From Ostreococcus lucimarinus (Eukaryota): a DNA stretch of 64,000 nucleotides. The position numbers and the translations under genes were made by a program. The DNA lies in the NCBI GenBank assembly GCA_000092065.1, contig CP000581.1, one strand, 5' to 3'. The first letter of the stretch is position 1; every line of letters begins with the position of its first letter. The notes below the pieces were generated by a model that worked only from the letters and a program-made list of their open reading frames with translations, was not told where the DNA came from and did no database searches. Positions 1 to 8,696 of this stretch are shown here, piece after piece.

Positions 1-1370
1 TCAGCGAGGCACCGCCCTCCGGCGCGCACGTCTTATCCGTGTACACCGGGTTGTGGCAGTAAAAGTTGTGTTGACGCGGCGCTGCAAAGTCATCCACCGT
101 CGCCGGACGCTCCCAGCTTCCCTTGTAGTCACCAGATAGAAAAACGTTGTGGTGCAACAATCCAGGGATTTCCTTCTTCAAGCACCAGTTGAACTCGAGC
201 ACGGAGCACGAATAATCGGCGTTTTCCCACTTTTCGCTCTCCTTCTTCGCCGGCTCGCCCACCGAGTCGAGCATTTGATCCCACACGCACGGTAAATCCG
301 GATTAGCGACGACGACGTCTGCGTTCATTATCTCGCCCGAAGCCAAGCGCACGCCGGTGACTTTTCGTCCCGTGTGCGAGCCGCCCTTGGCGTCCGCCAA
401 ACCGCTCACTTCCTCGGTGAGAATCTCGGCGACTTCGCTGTTGAGGCGAACCTTGGCGCCCTTCTTCTCCGCTAGCGCGTTGAAGCTTTCGCGCACTTTG
501 GTGAACCCGCCCTTGGGGTACCACACCCCGTCCGTGAGCTCGGTGGCGGCGAGCAAAGAGAAGACGCCCGGCGCGTTGTACGGGCTCAAGCCGACGTACA
601 ACTCTTGGTACGAGAAGAGCGCGCGCAAGCGCTCATCCTTGAAATACTTGGCCATTTGGTTAAACTGCGGAAGCAACAAATCGATCGGGTTCACCGCGAG
701 CGCGAGCGGACCGACGCGAGAGAGATCCACAAAATCCAGAATAGAGTTCGCGTCTCGCTCGATGAACGCCGCGACGCCGTAATCCAAACTCGCCCGCGCG
801 CGTCCGAGCCAATCGATGTATCTCCCTCCCGCCCCGAACTCGACTTCATCTAACTGCTTACGCATCGCCTCGATGTCGTACAACAAATCGAGCGTCGTGT
901 GATCGCCAAAGTGCGCGCGATACGCCGGGTCCACGCGTTCGACGTCCATGTAATCCTCCATCTTCTCCCCCACCGACGTGAACTGCTCCATGTACCGCTC
1001 CGGAAGCAGCATCAACGACGGTCCGGTGTCAAACCTGTACCCTTCCCCCCCCCCCGCGAACGTCTCGCTTCGACACCGTCCCCCCACGTCGCCGTTCTTC
1101 TCCAAAAGCGTCACCTCAAACCCGGCGTTCGCCAGCCGCGACGCCATCCCGAGTCCTCCGACCCCCCCCCCGACGACGATCGCCGCTTTCCCGCGCCCGA
1201 CGTCCGACGCCGTCGCCGTCGCCCGCGTCGTCGCGCCCGCGCGTCGCGCGCGCGCGCCGTCGCGCGCCGCGCGCCGGTCCCGTCCCGCGCCGGCCCGCGC
1301 GCGCGTCGCGTCCGCGCCGCGCGCGCCGCCCGCGCGCGTCGCGCGCGACGACCGCGCCATCGCGCGCATC
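1..1370 (-). CDS. FAD-dependent oxidoreductase of the phytoene desaturase (CrtI) family; partial, the C-terminus runs off the window start
   Basis: My own translation of the minus strand gives one continuous frame from ATG at 1370 to position 1 with no stop in the window: MRAMARSSRATRAGGAR..(Arg/Ala-rich presequence)..GKAAIVVGGGVGGLGMASRLANAGFEVTLLEKNGDVGGR..YRFDTGPSLMLLPE..WYPKGGF..NVFLSGDY..CHNPVYTDKTCAPEGGASL. The GxGxxG FAD-binding fold and the FDTGPS motif are typical of CrtI-type desaturases and isomerases. It is absent from the ORF track because no stop codon lies in the window. The first in-frame stop upstream is at 1478-1480. Confidence 0.75.
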
Positions 1371-1488
1371 GAACCGAACCCAATCGCCTCGCTCGCGCCG
1401 CGCTCGCGTCCGCGCGCGATCGACGACGCGCGCGTCCGTCGACGTGTGACGCGCGCGACGCGACGACGCCGACGGGCCTATCCGCGGC

Positions 1489-1575
1489 GACCGATCGCGA
1501 TCGATCGATCGATCGCGGGCGATCGATCGCGCGTCGATCGCGATCGCGAGCGATCGACGCGATCGATCGATCGCG
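1489..1575. repeat. (GATC/CGAT)n microsatellite-like tract in the GC-rich intergenic region
   Basis: Visible run of cgatcgcgatcgatcgatcgatcgcgggcgatcgatcgcgcgtcgatcgcgatcgcgagcgatcgacgcgatcgatcgatcgcg. Confidence 0.7.
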
Positions 1576-2119
1576 TGGCGTAAAAAAATAGAAGAGAAAA
1601 GCGCGATCGCGTCGTAGTCGACGCCGCGCGAGCGCCATCGGATGCGCGACGATATCGACGCGAAACCCTCGCGCGCGCGCGCGCGCGACGGGACGTCACA
1701 GCGCGACGACGATGCACGCGACGACGATGACGACGCTCGGTGGGATGAACACCGCGCGTCCGTGCGAGATTTCGCGAAGAGGTGCGCGCGAGAATTCGTG
1801 GCCGCGATCGAGCGCGCGTGGGGACCGCGCGAGGGGTCGCCGAACGCGCGCGCGCGAGGGATGGGGCGACGACGCGTGGGGTCGCGACGGGGGGGCGACG
1901 ACGCGCGACGGCGCGCGACGGCGCGCGCGGGCGGCGCGGGCGGGACGATGGGAGGTCGCGCGCGAGGTTCGGGCGGCGCGCGGCGTTCGCGCGCGCGGGG
2001 GGTCGCGGCGGCGCGCGCGCGGGGGGGGGGGCGCGCCGCGGCGCGCGGGGGGCGTTTGAGGGTTTTAGGTCTTGTGACTGACGGGTTTCGCGTACGCAGG
2101 CGCGGGGGCGACGTTCGGC

Positions 2120-2500
2120 GTGGAGACCGAGCAAGGGAAGTGGACCATGATGCGCCACGGGAACAAGAACGCGAAGCTTAACAAGCCGGCGGATCAACGT
2201 AAGGCGCTCATTCGAGGGTTGACGACGGAGTTGCTTCGCCACGGAACGGTGACGACGACGATGGCGCGCGCGAAGGCGATGCGAAAGCCGGTGGAGCACA
2301 TGATTCAATTAGCCAAGGATGGTGATGACTACAAGCGACGCATGGCGGAGGCGTTCATTTACGATAAGGAAGTCGTCGAGGCGCTCTTTGAGCAAGCGCC
2401 GAAGCGATATGCTGATCGTAACGGTGGTTACACACGCATCGTGCGCACGTTGAGCCGCCGCGGGGATAACGCGGAGATGGGCGTCATTCGCCTTGTGTAA
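2120..2500 (+). CDS. RPL17: Bacterial-type (organellar) ribosomal protein L17, nuclear-encoded
   Basis: The [114 protein letters not shown] matches the conserved L17 signature ([10 protein letters not shown], RRGDxAxMxxIELV). No obvious transit peptide lies in frame upstream, so an unresolved 5' exon is possible. The stop codon overlaps a TGTAA motif. Confidence 0.8.
   Translation: METEQGKWTMMRHGNKNAKLNKPADQRKALIRGLTTELLRHGTVTTTMARAKAMRKPVEHMIQLAKDGDDYKRRMAEAFIYDKEVVEALFEQAPKRYADRNGGYTRIVRTLSRRGDNAEMGVIRLV
2495..2499 (+). promoter_or_regulatory. TGTAA putative poly(A) signal overlapping the L17 stop codon
   Basis: The sequence cttgtgTAAacc places the stop codon inside a TGTAA motif. TGTAA is the established green-algal polyadenylation signal; reading it as the signal here is inference. 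Confidence 0.4.
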
Positions 2501-2610
2501 ACCGCTTGACTAGAGCGACGCGAGCGCAATTTAATAGGATCACGAATTATTTGTTCATCGCCTCCATCGTTTCGACGTATCGCGTGATTTCAGCGTTCTA
2601 TTACAACACG

Positions 2611-2615
2611 AAGGG
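2611..2615 (-). promoter_or_regulatory. TGTAA (minus strand) putative poly(A) signal 13 nt downstream of the Pescadillo stop
   Basis: ttaca on the plus strand equals TGTAA on the minus strand, just 3' of the stop codon at 2628-2630. Confidence 0.4.
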
Positions 2616-2627
2616 GCGAAAACAATC

Positions 2628-3023
2628 TCACTTCTTCGACTTCGTCTTCGCCGCCTTGGTCGTCTTACCCTTCTTACTCTTCGGTTCTTCTTTTTCGCCC
2701 TCCGCGGCGGCGCGTTTCTTCTCTTTGTGCTCGTTAGCCAATCTCGTGAGCTCGGCCGCGCGTTTCTCCTTCTTCGCGATACCGATTTGCATGGCTTTGT
2801 ACAGCTCTCTCTTTTTGCGAGGCAAGAGCATGTACGACATCTTCTTCATCTGTTCCTCGTCCGAACCCTTGGCGAGCTGATCGCGCATGATTTTGTCCTT
2901 TTCGCTCAGCGCCATGTCGAACGTGAGGCGACTCTTCGGGTCGCCGTTCTCGTCCTCTGATGACGACTCGTCCGAGGCGTCCTCGTCTTCGGAGGCGTCG
3001 TCGTCCGAGGCGTCGTCGTCCGA

Positions 3024-3055
<32 letters not shown>

Positions 3056-4649
3056 TCTTCTCCAAAGACTTTGAGTACGAAACCCCCTTTATTTCCGCTT
3101 CTAGTTCTTTTCTGTAACGCTTCTCTTCCGCCGCGGCCTCCGCTTCTTCGTCCATTTCCGCGTCCGCGTCGTCGAGCACCTTGATCATCGGCACGCCGTT
3201 TTTAATGGCGCGCGTCTCTTCTTGGAGCTTCAACAGCGTCTTGGCGTACTCGGGCGTGTACCCATCGTCATCGGCGCCGACGAATGGACTCAAGTGAGGC
3301 GGTGGCTCGCATTCGGGAGCGTAGTCTTTGGGCGGAATGAGCACGCGCCAGTTGGCGCAATCGCACACCCATTGCGGCTGCACGTACACGACTTTGGGAT
3401 TCAGCTTCATGTTCTTCGTCGGGCGATCTATGACGACGTGCGTGATGCGCGAGTCATCGGCGTCGTACGGGGAACCGTCGCCATCCCAGCACACCTCGCC
3501 ACCGAAAGATTTGATGATGAAGACCATCATGTTACGCGGAACCTCGCGATTGATAAAGAAGACGAGACCGTCGAAGAGTCGCGCGCACTCGCGTTGCTCG
3601 GGTGTCATCTCTTCGTCTCCGCCATCTTCGTCGTCATCGTTCGCCATGTGCGCGTCTTCGTCGTCGTCTTCTTCTTCGTCTTGATGTTCGGCGATCAACG
3701 CGAGCTTTTCCTTGAGGGATTGCGCACGCGATTCTACGGCGCGCGCCGCTTCGCTATTCGCCGGCAGCGCGCGCGCGTTCGCCGCGTCGGCTTGCTTCGC
3801 GAGCTTGTGCACGACGGCAGCCAGACCCGCCGCGGCGTCGTCCATCTCCTCGTTCAAAGTCGGTGGATATTGCAATCCAGCGTCTTTGTACAGCTTAAAG
3901 TTCACGAACGACATCAAGTCGTGGTAAAACTCGAGAAACGTGAGCATGACGCGGTAGTCCACGTCCTCGGGCATGGTTTGCGCCAACGCGTGCGGCTCGA
4001 GCCACGTGATCTTTTCTCCTTGAATCTCCGCCTCGTAGTAAATCCCCTTGACAGAAATAAAAACCTTTCGCAAAGCGTGCGTTCGCACGCAAAACGACTT
4101 AAACTCTCGACTCAAACGCTCCGACTTCTCCACGATTTCGGGCGCGATGTCGTGCCGATTCACCGTCGGCAGCACCGCGAACAGCGCGCACATCGCCATC
4201 GGGTCATCCAGATCCCCCAGCGCGTCCTGAAACGTCGGATACCGCTCCAGCACCAAATGACTCAGCTCATACCGCGGCGTGTTATCCCTCAACCGATCGA
4301 GCGCTACGTAATTTTGTTTCGCCTTGGCCCGCTTCAGCTTTCTCGCGTACGCCCTCAACTCCCGAAACTTCTCCAACAGCGGCTCGTGATGCAAGAACGC
4401 GATGTCCTTGACGTGATAATACGTCTTCCCCTGCCCCTGGTGCTTCCTTCGCGGCTCGCGCGGGTGAATCCCCTTCAGTATGCACAGCCTTCGAAAGTCC
4501 CCGAGCTTGAGCTGCAGTCGATGCAGCGCTTGATTCCGCGTCACGTATCGCGACGACGCGGACCGCGTCGTCCCTCGCTTCGCCTTGAGCGTCGACTTCG
4601 GGATCACTCGCCCCGTGGCGCTCACTTTTTTCGCCTTTCCGCCGCCCAT
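2628..4649 (-). CDS. PES1: Pescadillo homologue (PES1/Nop7, ribosome biogenesis); includes a BRCT domain and acidic tracts
   Basis: MGGGKAKK..YVTRNQALHRLQLKLGDFRRLCILKGIHPREP..YHVKDIAFLHHEPL..RYPTFQDALGDLDD..ALRKVFISVKGIYYEAE..VDYRVMLTFLEFY..LFDGLVFFINREVP..IIKSFGGEV..SRITHVVIDRP..YVQPQWVCDC..PPHLSPFV is collinear with human PES1 along its whole length. The ORF extends to 4748, but the conserved N-terminus begins at the ATG at 4649. Poly-Asp/Glu/Ser tracts are encoded by GAC/GTC triplet repeats around 2945-3060. Confidence 0.9.
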
Positions 4650-4894
4650 CGCGCCTACGCGCCGCGGTTCGCGGGCCGCCGGCGGTCGCCTCGCCGGGCC
4701 GGCGGCGGCGCGCGCGCGCGCGCGATTTATGCGTCGCGCGGTGTACATCGCACCGAGGACGCGTATACCGTTTTTCTATACTTACATATGTATCATTTTA
4801 TACATTATTTTATAGTTAGTACGTATACTTCAATACGCGTCGTATATGCTTCCAGCACCGTGATACATAAAAAAAAGCATCCGTTCCGAAGCGC

Positions 4895-7162
4895 GTGTCC
4901 GTTCCGAGCGCTCGGACACCCGACCGATACCTCGACGCGCGGGAGGACGCGCGTCGACGCGCGCGCCGCGCCGCGCGACGCGACGCGACGCGTCGCCGCG
5001 ACGCGCGCGAATTCGCGATTCGCGAGCGCCGCGTCGCGCGACGGGACGCGACGACGGCGCGCGACGCGACGCGGAAACGAAAGACGTTCATTCGAGCGCG
5101 TCGGAGACGCGCGAGGATCGAACGTCGCGCGACGATGGCGTCGACGTCGACGGCGCGCGACGCGGTGACGTGCGAGATAAAGATAGACCCGGCGACGATC
5201 GCGCGGGCGGTGTCGCACGCGACGAAACACATCGCGCGCGAACCGGAGGACGCGTACGAGTTTCCGGGACGGGAGCGCGACGGCGAGCGCGGCGGCGACG
5301 CGGGCGAGACGACGACGAGGCGAGGGACGGCGGCGCGGGACGACGCGGAGGCGCGAAGAGAGACGATGGAGAGAGGCGCGGGCGAGGGACGGGCGACGAG
5401 CGGGATGGGGGAGGTGAACGCGAGACGAGGACGCGATCGCGAGACGTCGAGCGGGGAGACGGGGGAGGTGACGATGCGGTCGAGGGGCGACGAGAGGGGA
5501 GGGAGAACGGCGCGGAAGGCGGGCGAGGACGCGGACGCGGACGAACCGTACGTGCGGTTTGAGGATTTGTTCGGGGCGAAGGCGTTGTTCGCCAAGTCGA
5601 ACTCGCGCGCGCGCGGGATTCAGGCGGACATGTACATTCAAGACTATCTCGAGCGCAAGGTGTACGGCTACGCCCACGTCAGCGTTAAGCGCAAGTCGCG
5701 AAAGAAAGAAGTCGTCATGGAGCGAAGAGTCGTGGGCGTGGGTCGACCGGAAGACGCGCTGGATTTCGCGGCGGACGAGAACCCAGCCTGCGCGGCGCGG
5801 CATCCGCCCTTGCAGTCGCTGCCTCCCGCGTTTTCTTTAGCGCGCGGCGACGCGATCAAGGCGAGCGAGTTCCTCGAACCACCGACGTGGATCCAGCGAA
5901 GAGGCGATTTGGAGGCTGTGGCGGCGGCGACAGCGACGAAACTTTCGGCGTTGTCGAGAAAGGAGTCGACGGCGGATTTCAAGAAGGCGAAGAAGACGCC
6001 GACGGTGGCGGAGGTGGCCGAGCGCGCGACGACGCCGATTCGGCCGCTGAAGCGCGCGGCGGAAGTTCTCGCCGCCAAGGGACTCAAGGCAACGCCGTCG
6101 CCCGATCGTCAAAAGACGCCGAACCCCGCGCCAGGGATGTCGCCGTTCAGCGCGCTCAAGATGCCGGGGACGATTTTTGACAGCTCAGATTTCTTGGGCG
6201 ACGCGCACGACGACATGCTGTTCTGGGATGCGCTCAACGATATCGATCACCCCACGCATGCCGCCACGCATCGTACGACGTCTGCGATGCCGTCAAAACG
6301 CCGCAAGGCGCGGGAAGCGACCCGAAGTCCATCGGTCAGGAGCGACGCGACGGGCTCGCCCAAGTCAGAGGCGAAGCTCACCGCGGTGGAGAAGCGCCTG
6401 CGCGACCTCGAAGCCAAGTTGTCGCGCGGCGAGTACCACGTTTCCGAGCGCGTTGGAGCTGCAGATGCGGTGCCAGCGACGCGCCCGATGACTTTCGACG
6501 ACACCGCCCGCGCGGAAGCGAGCGGCAAGAAGCGTACGCTCTCCGGCGGAAGCGACGAGCGCGAAAACGCGACGAGCGTTCGCGAGCAATCGACGCAAAG
6601 CGAACTTCAGAGACTCAACGACACAATCTTGGCGCTTGTGCAGCGTCAAGATAAGTACGAGATCGAGCGCCACAGGCATCAAAAGCAAATGTATGAACTT
6701 TGCCAGACTCACAAGGAGCACACGGCGAGTTTGGAGTCCATCATCGCCGCGTACGAGAAGAGGTTCTCGGCGATATCGCCGCAGACGCCGCGAAAGTGGG
6801 ATGGACCTCCGTTGTCCATTCCGCCGCGTTTTGCGCGTGACGAACCGGCGTTGTCGACGCCGCTAGAAGAGTTCCACGCGCCGCGAGACGATCCACGCGC
6901 GTACAACTCCGCGGGACCTGCTTGGGGTCGATCAAGCCCGACAGAGCGCTTCGATCGATCTTTCCACGATCAAGCGCCGTACTCGGAGAACAAGCGCAAC
7001 GAACGCTCGCGCGATGTCGAAGCTATTTTGGAGCGCGAGATGCGATTCCTCCAGGAATCGCTCGCGCGCAAGAACGAAGTCATCGCGTCCCTGGCCAGCG
7101 AGCTCGGCTCCGCCAAACAGAAACACACTAAATCTCGATGGGATTCAGTCGGATTGAATTAA
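4895..7162 (+). CDS. Hypothetical protein with a C-terminal coiled-coil region; the start is uncertain and may be the ATG at 5135
   Basis: This is a 755-aa ORF. The first ~80 codons lie in a gcgcgacg low-complexity tract (Arg/Asp/Ala-rich). From MASTSTARDAVTCEIKIDP onward the composition is normal, for example YVRFEDLFGAKALFAKSNSRARGIQADMYIQDYLERKVYGYAHVSVKRK and ELQRLNDTILALVQRQDKYEIERHRHQKQMYELCQTHKEH. I recognise no family. A TGTAA lies ~70 nt downstream of the stop at 7232-7236. Confidence 0.5.
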   Translation: MSVPSARTPDRYLDAREDARRRARRAARRDATRRRDAREFAIRERRVARRDATTARDATRKRKTFIRARRRRARIERRATMASTSTARDAVTCEIKIDPATIARAVSHATKHIAREPEDAYEFPGRERDGERGGDAGETTTRRGTAARDDAEARRETMERGAGEGRATSGMGEVNARRGRDRETSSGETGEVTMRSRGDERGGRTARKAGEDADADEPYVRFEDLFGAKALFAKSNSRARGIQADMYIQDYLERKVYGYAHVSVKRKSRKKEVVMERRVVGVGRPEDALDFAADENPACAARHPPLQSLPPAFSLARGDAIKASEFLEPPTWIQRRGDLEAVAAATATKLSALSRKESTADFKKAKKTPTVAEVAERATTPIRPLKRAAEVLAAKGLKATPSPDRQKTPNPAPGMSPFSALKMPGTIFDSSDFLGDAHDDMLFWDALNDIDHPTHAATHRTTSAMPSKRRKAREATRSPSVRSDATGSPKSEAKLTAVEKRLRDLEAKLSRGEYHVSERVGAADAVPATRPMTFDDTARAEASGKKRTLSGGSDERENATSVREQSTQSELQRLNDTILALVQRQDKYEIERHRHQKQMYELCQTHKEHTASLESIIAAYEKRFSAISPQTPRKWDGPPLSIPPRFARDEPALSTPLEEFHAPRDDPRAYNSAGPAWGRSSPTERFDRSFHDQAPYSENKRNERSRDVEAILEREMRFLQESLARKNEVIASLASELGSAKQKHTKSRWDSVGLN

Positions 7163-7408
7163 TCGCAGGCAGCATTTGCCCGCGTACACCGCACACAACA
7201 CGCTGTATTAGCACTCATACCATATTCATGATGTAATAAAGTTGCCATTAATTGCGATGAAACCACGCCGTTCGAACACTTCCATGTTCTCGACGCCCGT
7301 CTCGCCGCGCGCGAAACCGTTCTCGACGCACAGCTGGAGAAACGTCACTCCTCGCCTCGCACGTCCATCCGAAGGTCGTCAGCGCTTGACGCGCGAGGAC
7401 GCACTCAT

Positions 7409-8605
7409 TTGTTAGTACGTGTCTCTCACGCGCTTCAAGGCGGCGTTCGCGCGTTGATGACGGATTTGCGCACGTTTGAGAATTCTGAAACGGACTCGAG
7501 AGCCTCGGCGCCAGCGGCGCGCGGCGGCGAAGACAACGCACTCGACGCGCCCACGCGCGAGCCGCTCGCGTCCGCGCAGGCGTGTCAGCGCGCGAATCAT
7601 AACGATACCGCGACGACGCGCGTTGACCTCGCGTTGGACGAGGGCGCGGCCGAAGTGTTGAAGGTGGGCGAGCTGCGTCTCGGGTGGGCCTCGGCGCCGG
7701 GATCGACGACGCGCGCGTGCTTGAAACACGCCATCACGTGTACGTGCGATTTCAGCGCTATCGATCAGACCTTAACGTGTGCAAACATGCTCGCGCGCGA
7801 AAGAGCGGAGAACGATGAGATGTGGGGGCGAGTTACGCGTGAGGACTATAACTCAAGACTGCGCGCGGTCCAACACGTGCGCTACAGATTGGTCGAAGGC
7901 ATCGTTCGAAGCGGCATCATGAATGATTTTTCCGTCGTCACAGCGTCGCTGGCGGTTAGATACATGGACTATTTCTTGACCACGAGCGGATACCAGATCG
8001 GAAACGATTCATTTTGGCTGTATCAGTTGCTGTCGGCGGCCTGTCTGTTCATCGCTTGCAAATTCGAAGAACCCGCGAACAATCTTCGAAATAGTGTGGG
8101 TACGAGATTGCAGCTGTCGAACGATATCTCGTTTGACCTCGCATCGCTGAAGAAGATGGAAGCCATCGTCCTTCGGGAGTTGAAGTGGAAAGTCTCGCGT
8201 ATAACGCCGCTTTGTTTCGTCCCGATCTTCTTTCGGTTAGTCGACTGCAAAGGGTTAGTTTGGCCGCAGCGAGACGGTTTCGATATCGACATGAGAATCG
8301 CCATCTTGAGAGAAGCCGAGCTTCTGACGACGACGGTGTTGTACGATGCAAGTGCACTGTGTTACTTCGAAAGCAGCGTGATCGCGAAGGCCATCATTTG
8401 CATTTTACTGGCAAAATTTTGTGACGACATCGGCAGCGATGAAATTGTGCCCACGGTAACGATGAACATCTTGAAGAAAGTGTACGCGGACGGCGACGCC
8501 GATTACTTTTCCTACGTGATTCGTCGGGTGACAGAATGCGTGCGCATTATCGAAGGAATGAAGGCGACTCTGAAACAGTACGCAGAGTCGATGGAACATT
8601 TGTGA
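7409..8605 (+). CDS. Cyclin-domain protein, D-type-like; an alternative start is the ATG at 7457
   Basis: Cyclin-box motifs are present: MDYFLTTSGY..LLSAACLFIACKFEEP..LKKMEAIVLRELKWKVSRITPLCFV, followed by a second cyclin-fold-like region. Confidence 0.65.
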   Translation: MLVRVSHALQGGVRALMTDLRTFENSETDSRASAPAARGGEDNALDAPTREPLASAQACQRANHNDTATTRVDLALDEGAAEVLKVGELRLGWASAPGSTTRACLKHAITCTCDFSAIDQTLTCANMLARERAENDEMWGRVTREDYNSRLRAVQHVRYRLVEGIVRSGIMNDFSVVTASLAVRYMDYFLTTSGYQIGNDSFWLYQLLSAACLFIACKFEEPANNLRNSVGTRLQLSNDISFDLASLKKMEAIVLRELKWKVSRITPLCFVPIFFRLVDCKGLVWPQRDGFDIDMRIAILREAELLTTTVLYDASALCYFESSVIAKAIICILLAKFCDDIGSDEIVPTVTMNILKKVYADGDADYFSYVIRRVTECVRIIEGMKATLKQYAESMEHL

Positions 8606-8696
8606 GCGCGCGTGTTCGTGACGAAACGAGTATTCGAGATGATTGATGCGCTACCGATCGATGATTTGCTGCTTTGATAAAATACCTCCTTCACTT

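Noticed and set aside
1478-2308. 276-aa minus-strand ORF and the overlapping ORFs at 1111-1638, 1642-2181 and 1782-2081
   Set aside because: They lie entirely within the GC-repeat island between the CrtI-like start and L17. Their translations are poly-Arg/Ala/Pro. Overlapping ORFs in all frames indicate low-complexity DNA rather than genes.
3222-5168. 648-aa plus-strand ORF, together with 4805-5803 and 4816-5595 on the minus strand
   Set aside because: It is antisense to the well-supported Pescadillo CDS and runs on through the gcgcgacg low-complexity tract. Long stop-free antisense frames are expected at this GC content. It has Arg/Leu/Val-rich composition and no recognisable motifs.
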